A stretch of 63,816 nt of DNA, the filler included, from Cercozoa sp. M6MM (lineage: Eukaryota > Protista > Endomyxa: Ascetosporea): NCBI GenBank assembly GCA_040357565.1. It is 15 parts of 15 records of this genome, joined end to end, with 100 filler letters (N's around TTAATTAATTAA, not from the genome) between each part and the next. Parts side by side here need not be neighbours in the genome. Positions count along the whole stretch, not along the records: positions 51,531 to 55,542 come from JBDODJ010001243.1; positions 55,643 to 59,039 come from JBDODJ010001478.1; positions 59,140 to 63,816 come from JBDODJ010001080.1; 12 more parts are not named here. The stretch is one strand, 5' to 3'. Shown here piece after piece: positions 53,441-63,816 of this stretch. The notes under the pieces are model-generated. The model was not told where the DNA came from, did no database searches, and saw only the letters and a list, made by a program, of their open reading frames with translations. The translations under genes were made by a program, and so were the position numbers. The first letter of the stretch is position 1, and every line of letters starts with the position of its first letter.

Positions 53441-53869
53441 CTGGCACGATCAATTTTCATTATTTGGCACATTCAATCTGCATGAATAGCACACACAGTA
53501 CCGATCCGTGACACGCCACGGAATTGGGCACACCGGAACGCTCACTTTAGGCACGCCTGGCCAACAACGGTCCCAAGCAAAAAGATTTCTTTGGTGTTGT
53601 TTTGCCTCCAAAATCTGCCCCAGACTCGTTAGCAAACTCGGTCGAGTGCGCAACCGGGGCCTTTTCGCCACGCACACACTCGCTAGTACAACCCCGTGGT
53701 TTGTTAGTGCAACAGCGCCAGTGCTCTAGCACTCGGAGCTCTGATCGGCACAAAAAGTTAAAGCCCCTGCAGGTGTGTTCTGTCAAGTACAGCAGAGCAC
53801 TAGTGTGCTAACACTGCATAACTGCCGTTTACTAAATTTACTAAAGTTGTCTGATCTTGCAACAAAAGC

Positions 53870-55535
53870 ATGGGACGACGAAGAAAGCGTCGTTCACCTG
53901 GTGCGACAACAAGCCCAAAGGTACGGACTTCGTCGCTCCGTATTTGCGTCAACCGTTGATACTCTGCAGTCGCACGAATCGGTGGCGTCTGTAGCTTCTG
54001 CGCCGTTCGGTACCGTGAAGGATCGTTCCCCTTTGGTGTCTGTGTGTGTGTGTCTGTGTGGTGAGTTAACTCTGCGCTCAGAAGAAGCAACGGCAGCACC
54101 AACAGCAGCGATGCGACGTCGGCGTAGCAGATCGGAACCTGTGTTACGCCATCCGAACCGTGGTAACTCTTCATTTTGCTGTGTAAGTTGAAGGTATATA
54201 TAGAAATATCCCTACTTCTATACTACACGCAGCGACCGCTGACGAAGAAGTGTTCGGCCGCATGTTTGGCGTGCGCAAACGTATCTGGACGATCCTGTAC
54301 CGAGAGCCCATTTATGTCAGTGTGTGCTTGTTGTGCTTGTGGGTGTCCAAATGTTCCGAGTGGACAGGCTGGTGTCGTTGGCGTCGCTGGCACTGTCACT
54401 GAGCATCCTCCTGTCCGAGCAGCGGCACCGTGACCGACTGCACGAACTCCTGTCGCCTTTGAAGCAGCATTGGCGCCTCCTGTCCGAGCTGGTACTTGCT
54501 AACCTTTTCTACTTGCCTCTTTTACCTCCTCTTACTCCCTTCCTTGTCCTAGGACCTTGATGTCGACTGGGACGACTGGATGAGAGTATGCACATTGAAG
54601 TCGCTGTGTGTTTGCATCCCTAAGTGTCTGTATCGGTGGTAGAGTATACTGCCCTCGGAAACAACTGAAGGTAAGCCCTGTTACCTGTCCTGAAGCAAGG
54701 TGATGCACAGGGTGCATGTGTGCATGCGTACAGAGGACGAACAACTGGAACTCCTGCGTCCGGGTCGCCGGCTGGCCGAACAAGGAGTCGATGTCAGGCG
54801 TCCGGTACCCTCTTTGGCCTCCTCTTGACCCTACCCTTTAGCCCCGTGCCCCTACTTTCTTATACTTTACTCCCTTATCCGCTTCCCTCCGACAGGTGCT
54901 AATGGTGCCAGGCGTGATCACGACGTCACTCGAACTGTGGCACGGCGACGAGTGTCTCGGTTCCGACCAGTCCGACACTCGAGGTCGACCGCGTATCTGG
55001 GGCAGTCTGTCTATGCTGCGCTATGCTTTATTCGACTCGGTGCACTGTTTCTTGGCATCCTCCTTGCCTTACCTTGACCTTTTCTACCCCCCTCCCACCC
55101 CGTGTGTAGGAGTGCTGGACGCAACATATGATGCTCGACAGTACCACTGGCAGAGATCCCTCTATTTCTGCCGTAGCTTTCATCCTATCCCCCTACCCTT
55201 CTGCCGCCTTTACCCCATCGTGTAGGATGGCAAGAAGAAAATCGTGCTGCGACCGGCGACGAATGGCTGGGATGCCTCTGCTGACTTTGTGCCTGGGGTA
55301 TCTAGTAGCTCATATATCCTATCTCTCTACCCTTATATCTCTACCCCTGGTTGTCTCAGTTCTGGGTGTGGCGCAAACTGATCGACAACCTCGTTGATCT
55401 CGGCTTTGACAGTGACACATTGTCGCTCCTGGGATATGGTACCTTTGGGCAACCCCCCCCCCCATTGGTGTGTAGTATGATGCGAAACGCAATCAGACTG
55501 GCGGCGTCCGTTGCCGCTGCTGGCAGAGCCAGGTG
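53870..55535 (+). CDS. Phospholipid:diacylglycerol acyltransferase (LCAT/LRO1 family), 3'-partial
   Basis: Basic N-terminus, TM segment, VLMVPGVITTSLELW...RIWGS...DFVPGFWVWRKLIDNLVDLGFD...GYDWR. Confidence 0.9.
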
Positions 55536-55679
55536 ACTACTANNNNNNNNNNNNNNNNNNNNNNNNNNNNNNNNNNNNNNNNNNNNTTAATTAATTAANN
55601 NNNNNNNNNNNNNNNNNNNNNNNNNNNNNNNNNNNNNNNNNNCCCCCCCCCCCCTTCATCCCTTCAATGTTGACTTAGG

Positions 55680-56205
55680 AGGTTCATGCCGATCATTGCT
55701 CGGCAGGCGTTGAGCGGTGTCTCCTCGTGTTTACCCTCCCTCCCATTCACCTTCATTTACTTCCTTTCCCTCCTCCCAGGCAAGGCGATTGTGCGAAGCG
55801 AGGACGAGTTGTTCAGTGAGCCAGACGTCATCGACATGGCTCTCGATGGTGTGAATCTTTCACCGACTTACCCCTCTCTCTTCCACCCCCTTAACCCCTT
55901 ACCCCTCTGGGTTTGCAGTTCTCACAGAACGCGGCTTCCGCGTCGTTTTGGATGTACAGACTTTTAGTTCTGTTCAGTTTTTTTGTTTGTTCTTTTGAAT
56001 TTCGGTGCCTGTAGTTGAAGAAACGCAAGCTGCTCTCACACATCGATGAGAACGTGATCTTGTTTTTATTTGCGTTAAACACACACACGAACAAGGTTGT
56101 TTTGGGCAGAGTGACGTGTCTTTCAAGGAGCAGCGCGTCTATGAGTTCCAAATCGAATTTCCGCGGCCCAAAATTCGCGCCTTTGCCACCTCCGAGGTCG
56201 ACTGA
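55680..56205 (+). CDS. C-terminal fragment of hypothetical protein
   Basis: Spliced LFSEPDVIDMALD..RGFRVVLD..YEFQIEFPRPKIR..VD-TGA. Confidence 0.55.
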
Positions 56206-56701
56206 GCGCGAGCTGTCTGTCAAGTGCATGTGCAGGCTTCTGTTGCAACCACGGCGAAGTTTTTCACTCCAATTGACGTGAAAGGTGGGCGAACTCGACT
56301 CCACTAGTCGAGTACACGGAACATCCAGATCATCTTTGAAAACCCTCCGACTGAATAATCGTAATGATGGATCGCGTCGAAAACAACCAGCACCGGAACC
56401 AACTGTGAGCTTAAGCAACTACCGTACACTACATATCTACACTAACAATAACCTCAGACCAACGCGACAGAATACGATAACGAAACGAAATAATTCGATT
56501 TAACACGGAAAAACAAAAGGATATAACGTTGCAGCTAGACGCAGGCGCGTCGCTTTCAAGACTTCAAGGGTCAGTTGGTTGAGCGGAGTTGGTAGACACG
56601 ACCATGCTCTTGTGACGTGAGTTGTGACCCTCCCCACCCCAGACTGGTGCAGATGGTCAGTTGAATCAATCGTAATCGGAAAAAAACTCGGAGATCACAC
56701 G

Positions 56702-58869
56702 TTAGAGAAGCAGAGCGAGCGTGTCCTGCAGTGCCGGGTCGTGTACAAGTGCCTCTCGTCTCCTGGCACGTCGCGATAGGATGCGCAAAGCCTTAACCTG
56801 CGTTCGCGCGGAAGGCAGTTAAAAAACAAATGAGCAAAACAAAACAAGCAAATGATACAAACATTAGCACGAGTGTCCATATATGAGTGATACCAAATGG
56901 TTCCGCGGAATCTCTTCAACGCAGAAATCGAGTCTGAGCACGCCCTTCCGGCGATCTGAAATTTCAAAAAAAACGAGCGAAAGCTTCTTGTGTGCAGCTT
57001 GTGTGCAGTGAGTCTTAGTAAATTTTACCTCGGTACAGCAGGGAGAAACACTGATCAACGGGCAGTTTGCGCGCACTGCTGCTACCGCCGTTTTTGCCGT
57101 TGGCGTGCCACAGCGAGACGCCGCTGACGACGTCCAGAACCTCGGCGTATTTGACGCCTCGGCGCACGCCGGCGAACCGAATGCGACTCGACGTGAACTC
57201 AGCTTCGCTGCTCTGCCTGTGTCACACACACACACAAGATGCAGTCAGTTTCAGTTGTTAACTAGTCAGTTTCCGTTGTCCTCAATCGTAAAATTGTAGT
57301 TGCTGGGGGGGGGGGGGGTACCACTTGCGAAGCAAGCTGTGGGCCTTGTATCGCCGCAATTTCAGCGGGCGTTTCGCCAGTGCTCGCAGATCGGCCGACC
57401 TGTCCAGAGGGGAAAGGTAAGGTCATATGAGCAAATGGGGAGGGAGGAAGGGCAACAGGGGATAATGCAGTACGATCTCGCCGTGGCATTGTGCCGCCGC
57501 ACCTGATCGATTTCGTCGCTGTGCTCCACGAACTGCCTGAAGTGGGAGGGGGTAAAGGGGTAAAAGAGGTATAAGGTGAGGGGAGGGGGTAAAGTGTAAA
57601 GTGAGGGGAATACTTGAGAAAATCAATCAAGAAGGCATCGTCATCGCTTTCGGAACAGTCGGGTCTCTCTGCAAAAAATAAAACGACATGGCAGAGTGAC
57701 CACAGGGTGATTGGAGTGACCACAGTGCAAAAAACAAAACGACAACGGGGTAAGAGGGATAAGGGCACCAGTCAAACTGAGCAGTGCGGCATGTGCACTG
57801 GCCACTGCTGCAGCCAGTCCGCGGTGCTGCCACGCCGAATGTTGCTCCTACAGGGGTGGGGGTAGAAGGGGTGTGGGGGTAAATAAGGGGGGTTAAAACC
57901 AAGATGAGTCGCTCGGCGCTGTCCAGCGCTTCCTGCAGCGCCTGCTGCTGTCCGCACGCATCGGCACTCCGCAGCTGCTCGACGACGCTGTCGATCTCGC
58001 GCAGCACCGACTGAATCAAACAGGGAGGGGGTAAAGGGGAGGGGGTACAGGGTGGTAGGGGTAAAGAAGGTAAGGGGGCGTGGGTATAAGGGGGTAAGAG
58101 GTAGGTAAGAGGGGGGTGGCAAAACGAATACAGGAGCCAGAACGACGCCGGAGGACGCGACGGATGTCGCACAGGACCGCGCGGACGGTGCCGCCGATAG
58201 TGCCGCGGAGGGTCTGCGACGGTGATGATCGGCGTAACCGTCGCTGCTGCCAGTGCTGTCGGTGTAGCCACTACCGTCGTCGTAGTGATCGCTGGAGTGA
58301 TCGCTGATGGCGACGGTGGAGACGGCGATCGACGACATGGCACGCGCCAGGTCGGGCACCTCGTCCACGTGACAACAACTATGGTCACTCTGTCGATCAC
58401 TGTGGTCACTCCGATCACTGTGGTCACTCTTTCGATCACTATGGTCACTGCGACCATCGTAGTCACTCTGTCGATCACTGTGGTCACTCTGCCGATCAAC
58501 ATCAGTCGAACCGACTCGCAGAGTGAGCGTGCGCAGCACGCGCGGACAGGCGCGCGACGGCAACGCTTCGCGCAACGTCTGCGCCACCTGCGCCGCCTCG
58601 CCTACCGCAACCTTGAGTCTTACCCCTCTTTACCCCCCATACACCCTCTTACTCCTCCACATCCCTTTACCCTTTACCCCCCAAGCACCAAAATACCCTC
58701 AAGGACAGCAAGGTCGGGAGTGTACACACAGCGAACAAGCGCACTGCACAGCGTCACGATGCTCTGACTGTCGCCTGTTGCGCTGCACATCGAAGGTGTA
58801 CAAGGGACAAGGGGTAAAGGTCTTGCGTACATTGCAGGGGCAGACAGCGCACGTACGACACGCGCCCAT
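56702..58869 (-). CDS. Hypothetical protein with SDHSDR repeat and C-terminal PH-like domain
   Basis: Spliced exons; ..VKYAEVLDVVSG...DQCFSLLY...RLDFCVE resembles a PH fold; stop TAA at 56702-56704. Confidence 0.55.
58368..58500 (-). repeat. Coding 18/21-nt tandem repeat (SDHSDR[Q/K])
   Basis: gatcactgtggtcactct units on the + strand. Confidence 0.85.
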
Positions 58870-59139
58870 GTCTTGTTCGACTACCATATCCAGAAGGGGG
58901 AGATGTCAGTTGAACACTCACAAGTATATCTATAGAAGATTCAAAGTACGTGCTGCAGCAGCAGTGACTCGATGCTGTCGAGTATCTGTACCACACATAC
59001 ATCGTCGCATAACACAACATAGAAATTAAAAAAAAAAAANNNNNNNNNNNNNNNNNNNNNNNNNNNNNNNNNNNNNNNNNNNNTTAATTAATTAANNNNN
59101 NNNNNNNNNNNNNNNNNNNNNNNNNNNNNNNNNNNNNNN

Positions 59140-59220
<81 letters not shown>

Positions 59221-59231
59221 TTTACTGGACA

Positions 59232-60894
59232 GGGCAGCGGCAAGACCACAATGATGCAGCGCGTGAACGCTCACCTGCGCGAGAAGGAGCTGCGTGGCTA
59301 CCTCGTGAACCTCGATCCGGCCGTTCTCCAGGTATGGTTGCCCTGTCCGATCTCTTCGTAGCAACCATAACGGACCGCTGTAGGTGCCGTATGGAGCCAA
59401 CATTGACATCAGACAGACTGTGGACTACAAGCAAGTCATGGAGCAGTATTTTTTGCTTATCAGTTCTGTGTGTGTTTGAATTGGCCCATGATGTGGATAT
59501 TTTTCGCGCACTTTGTTATCGCATTTTTGTGCATTGGTCCACAAGTTTTGCCATTGAGAATTTACCCTCGGTCTTACTAATCCTTTCGTGGTGGCACACT
59601 CACGCCTTGCGAGGTTAGCTGGCCGAGCAGATCTACTATCTTGCACGTGCTCACACTTGTGTGCCGTGCTTGGCATTGCCTCGCCGGCTGCGCACATTTC
59701 TCGCATGTGCAGCGGCCTTTAGCGCGATGCGACAACACGCTTTTGATTTTTACGCTTTGGTTTGCGACAGGTACAGCCTGGGTCCAAACGGCGCCATCAT
59801 GACGTCGCTCAACCTGTTCGCCACTCGTTTTGACCAGGTTATCGGCTTTCTGGAACGCAAGCAGGACGAGCTGGACTACGTCTTTATCGACACTCCTGGA
59901 CAGATTGAAGGTACGCTTATCCCGCCCCCCCTTCTTCCTCTGGGCGCCCCCCCCCCCCCCCAGCTTTCACGTGGTCGGCGTCGGGCCAGATCATTACGGA
60001 GTCGCTGGCGGCCGGCTTTCCAACAGCAGTGCTGTATGTGTGCGACACGCCTCGGTACTGTCTTGATCTAGTGTACCCTGGTCCTTGGACCTGTTGATTT
60101 TGGTGCAGGTGCACGTCGCCAATCACGTTCATGAGCAACATGACCTACGCGTGCAGTATCTTGTACAAGACGCGTCTGCCTTTTCTTGTGGCATTCAACA
60201 AGGTCGACGGTAGGTTTACCCCCCCCCCCCCACTCCTCACTTCACATGCTGCTGTTTGGCAGTGGCGCCGTCGCAAAAGGTGCAAGAATGGATGGGCGAC
60301 CTGGACGCGTTCGATGAGGCACTGCGCGGCGAGACCACGTTTATGGGTTCCTACCCTCCTTCCCTCCCCTGCCATTGCTGTCCATGTGCCTCCTATATAT
60401 AGGCTCATTGACGAGATCAATGGCACTGGCTTTGGACGCTTTTTACGAGAGCATTCAGTCGGTATACTAATACGCCTTTCTCTCTACACTCTCATTTGAC
60501 CCCCTCCCCGCAGGTCGGCGTGAGTGCCGTCACAGGCATGGGATTCGACGATCTGTTCGAGAAACTGGTGGTGGCACGCCAGGAATACTGCTCGCACTAC
60601 CTGCCGTGGCTACTGCGCCGCCGCCAGAAGCAGCTCGAGAAAGAGCGTGCACGAATCGAGGATGCCAAGGCACGGGTATACCCTCTTCCTCTGCGCATCT
60701 TTTCTTCCTCTCTTTTTGTGAACCGTTTCTTGCTCTAGTTCGATGAAGAGCGACGTCTCGAAGAAGCGAAACTACAAGGCGCCGTTGCTCGGTAACATGC
60801 AACACTACTTTTAATCATTACAGGTATTGCATTGTGTTCTGCTGGACGAGACAGGTCGATGGAGCTGCCGCAAGAGCACAACAAATCAGCCTAA
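59232..60894 (+). CDS. GPN1: GPN-loop GTPase 1, 5'-partial
   Basis: [69 protein letters not shown]. Confidence 0.96.
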
Positions 60895-61009
60895 ACGTTA
60901 ACGGATGGACGCGCGTGAATACGATGATTTAACGTAACGTACATTTCACTCGAACGCTCGAGCGTCATTTCGCACTAAGTCAAGTACTCGACCGTACAGT
61001 ACGCATACG

Positions 61010-61558
61010 TTAATAAGTCGAGAAGTCAAGGTCCGAACGGTTAAAGGCGCCAGCACCGTAGGCGCACGCAGAGTCGACTTCGCGCTGGAATGCTTGCTCC
61101 AGCACGTCGCTGTAGTCGACTTCAGTGCTGGTGCCGTCATTCGTAGCACTGGCAGTCTGAATCGGAAGTGCTGAAACTTTCCTGCGTGTCGGCGACACCT
61201 GGCGCAACTCCAGAGTCTCTGAATCGACTTCAAGCTGCAACACATTGGTCTCAAAGGGAGAGGGGCAAGTTTGATAAAAGGCAAGTGTACAAAGTCATGT
61301 GCAGAATCGCCGTCTTCGTCTAGCTTCATCGTGTCAGCAAACCATTCTGCAACATCGCACATGAGATTGCACCATCGAAGCGAACACAAACAAAGACTCA
61401 TGCGCTGCACCAAGGCCCTGCATTGCACAGGCGGCGTCTGGAACCTCCAGCGGCGTCAGCAACGGCACTCGACGTTGCAAAACGCGCCTTTGCCTCGCTG
61501 CTGGATTCGGTGTTTGCTGTTCGCTCTCCTTGTCGCCCTTGGACCAGAAGTTACCCAT
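61010..61558 (-). CDS. Small hypothetical protein, possibly N-myristoylated
   Basis: MGNFWSK start fits MGxxxS; 3 exons, ends DFSTY-TAA. Confidence 0.6.
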
Positions 61559-61820
61559 CCTGCTCTGCTGGCCTCAAAAACGAAACCCCAGCACCCCGAT
61601 CACGCGCAGCGAGATTTAACCACTCAATGTTCCCTACGCCTTAAACAATACGCACACACGCGCTTACTCCGTCTCGTTTGACAGAATAACCTGTGGTGGA
61701 GGGCCAAGCAATTTTAAAGAAATTGTTTGCCTCTATCCGCGCTGACGACACAAAAAATGGCAGATGTGGTTGACTCACAGTTACGTCGACCCATTCCTTC
61801 TTTGGTGCAACGAAGTTGCG

Positions 61821-63237
61821 ATGGACGTGCAGTTGGAGAGCATGAACAGCCAGGAGCAAGCTGAGTTCAATAGGCTGGCGGACTTGGTGAAAACGAAACT
61901 CGAATACAGTAAGTTGAAATGAACTTTGTTATTCGCATTTTGAGCTAATATTGTACGGGCTTGCTTTTCGAAGGTGGGTTGCTTTATTCAATTCGCGCTC
62001 AAATTCACGAATGCGTGGTGGACACCCTTTCGGACAGCGGGAAGGAGCTTGCTCCGCGCTTGAGTGCGCCAACAGGCTCACTGCTCCTGGCCTTAAACTT
62101 TGTGCGCGATTTTCTCAGTGACTGTGGTTGTGTCCACACTCTCAACGTTCTAGAAAAAGAAATACGTTTTGAGGACAGCGCGATACCTTCGCGAATTGAG
62201 CTTCAAAATGCCGTGGAAATTCCGTTGAACGCAACTTCGCGAACCTCGCTCCTTGAACAACTGATTGAGCAGGCCCAGCGACCTTTGAGTCCTAAATACA
62301 GTAGAACTACGCTTTTTTTCGTTGCCATGGCTTTTTGTGAGGAGTAAGTAAGTTGTAGTTTACATGATACTGTCAACTTCAGTGTCCGAGGGGTCGATGA
62401 AAAGGGGAGAAACGGAACCAGCGACATTGATTCAGTCTGCTCCTCAAAACGGGTTTTCTTTCGAACCGGTTTCGTCTGATGACTTAGTTGATAGAGACAG
62501 TCGGCGTAAACATCCTGAAGACGACAAGACTCTCAGTGACGCGGAGGAAGAGATTCCACTCGCGACAGCAGCAACTGTTCAGAAAGTGGTGCACCAGCAA
62601 GACTCGGTGGCCGATTTAAGCGTCGATCACAGCCTTTCTGCATCACAGCGGCAAGATTTAAACAATGCTTCTGACGAAGACGGCGAGTACTCAGATATGG
62701 GATTCGAAGCCGTTTCGGAAGGGGTACAATACAGTCATTTTGGCATTCACTGCTGATATGCAACAATGCAATAATTGTACGTCACAGTCCGACTCGATAA
62801 ACATCTCGCATGGCGGTGAAGCTGAAGCGATTGACCCCAATTTGGACGACCAACAGAATGTAGCAGTTCCTGAGGCTCCCATCGAATCAAAGAGGACTGC
62901 TGCACCCGAAATACCACCTCTAGACTTGCGACCTGCCCAGGAAATGATGGGAGGCAGCTTGGGTATCTTAGGTTCCCTTTCAGAACGCACTCTGAAAATA
63001 CGGAGGAAATAATGCAGGTTCGGAAGATGACTTGAGCGATTTGCTGGGAGAAGACGTGCTGCTGGATGTCGGTACACATTTCGTCCTTCTAAAACTATTG
63101 ATATTGCAGCAGGCTAGAGGAACTTGCTAACGTTACCCTTCATTTCAGGTGACGGTGACGACGCTGATGGCCTAGAACTCGACTTTTCGCCCGAAGAGGA
63201 GGCTAATGTCTTCGCACTCTACGCTGACGATGAGTAA
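61821..63237 (+). CDS. FOP/CEP43-like centrosomal protein (LisH/FOP dimerisation domain + acidic tail)
   Basis: LADLVKTKLEYSGLLYSIRAQI...LALNFVRDFLSDCGCVHTLNVLEKE. Confidence 0.7.
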
Positions 63238-63769
63238 ACTTCGGCGCAAAAACGAAATTCCTGGCTTCGACTGGGTAGCAGGTCTCGACACCACCTCGTC
63301 ATGCGATCAATGATGTTACCATTTGTCGGCTGTAGCTGTATGACTAGTAGCACGAGGCTGTAGCTAGTCACTCTGTACATATCCCGTCCATCGTGGTTCC
63401 GTACTACGTAGGACGCACCGCACAGACGATGTTCACCTGCAGGAAAGCGGATTCCGCTCATCGCGCTGTCCTCAAAACGTATTTATTTTCTAGGACGTTG
63501 AGTGTGTGAAACCAACCACAGTGCCGGTTAACGTCAGATCCCGATATAACAACTTTAGTCGGTTAACATCAGACCCGCTGTCACTTGCACTCGCGGAAGA
63601 CTGTCGGAACAGTGGATTGGCAGTCACTCCTGCTGATCGACAGGCATGGTGCGTTCAGATATGTGTGCATATGTGCAAATGTGCATGTGTGTGTCTGTGT
63701 GTGTCAATGTCTGGTGCGAGGTTGCGTAGAGGGCTTGGCGAAGCAGAACACCCGATACGTGAAATTAGC

Positions 63770-63816
<47 letters not shown>

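Noticed and set aside
56575-56630. tRNA-Leu-like D-loop sequence
   Set aside because: No anticodon stem, T-loop (GTTC) or acceptor stem

Overview
Eukaryotic (protist-type), gene-dense and very intron-rich DNA. The window is not one locus: it is 15 short contigs joined by an artificial 100-nt spacer (N44-TTAATTAATTAA-N44), so adjacency across spacers means nothing. Introns are mostly 50-70 nt and GT-AG, and are often expanded by microsatellites, where most contigs break. Hand-splicing gives about 30 mostly partial genes: an ADAM/disintegrin-TSP1-EGF membrane protein, BEACH protein, class II HDAC, GH31 glucosidase, IMP4, MOG1, SNF2 helicase, SDR, CAMK-type kinase, NDR kinase, Upf1-like helicase, RPS17, NSE1, UGGT, Cys-rich surface protein, PDCD5, CTL/PNS1, divergent MSH2, formin, PDAT, GPN1, FOP-like protein and several hypotheticals. 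The standard genetic code fits. A U5 snRNA gene with a candidate upstream element lies at 27.8 kb. The most interesting unexplained signals are several structured non-coding RNA candidates (32.2-32.7 kb, 29.3-29.55 kb, and inside long GPN1 and RPS17 introns), a GTAC-dominated 5' splice site, and gene-specific intron repeat 'dialects'. All identifications come from motif recognition by eye; no searches or folding programs were run.
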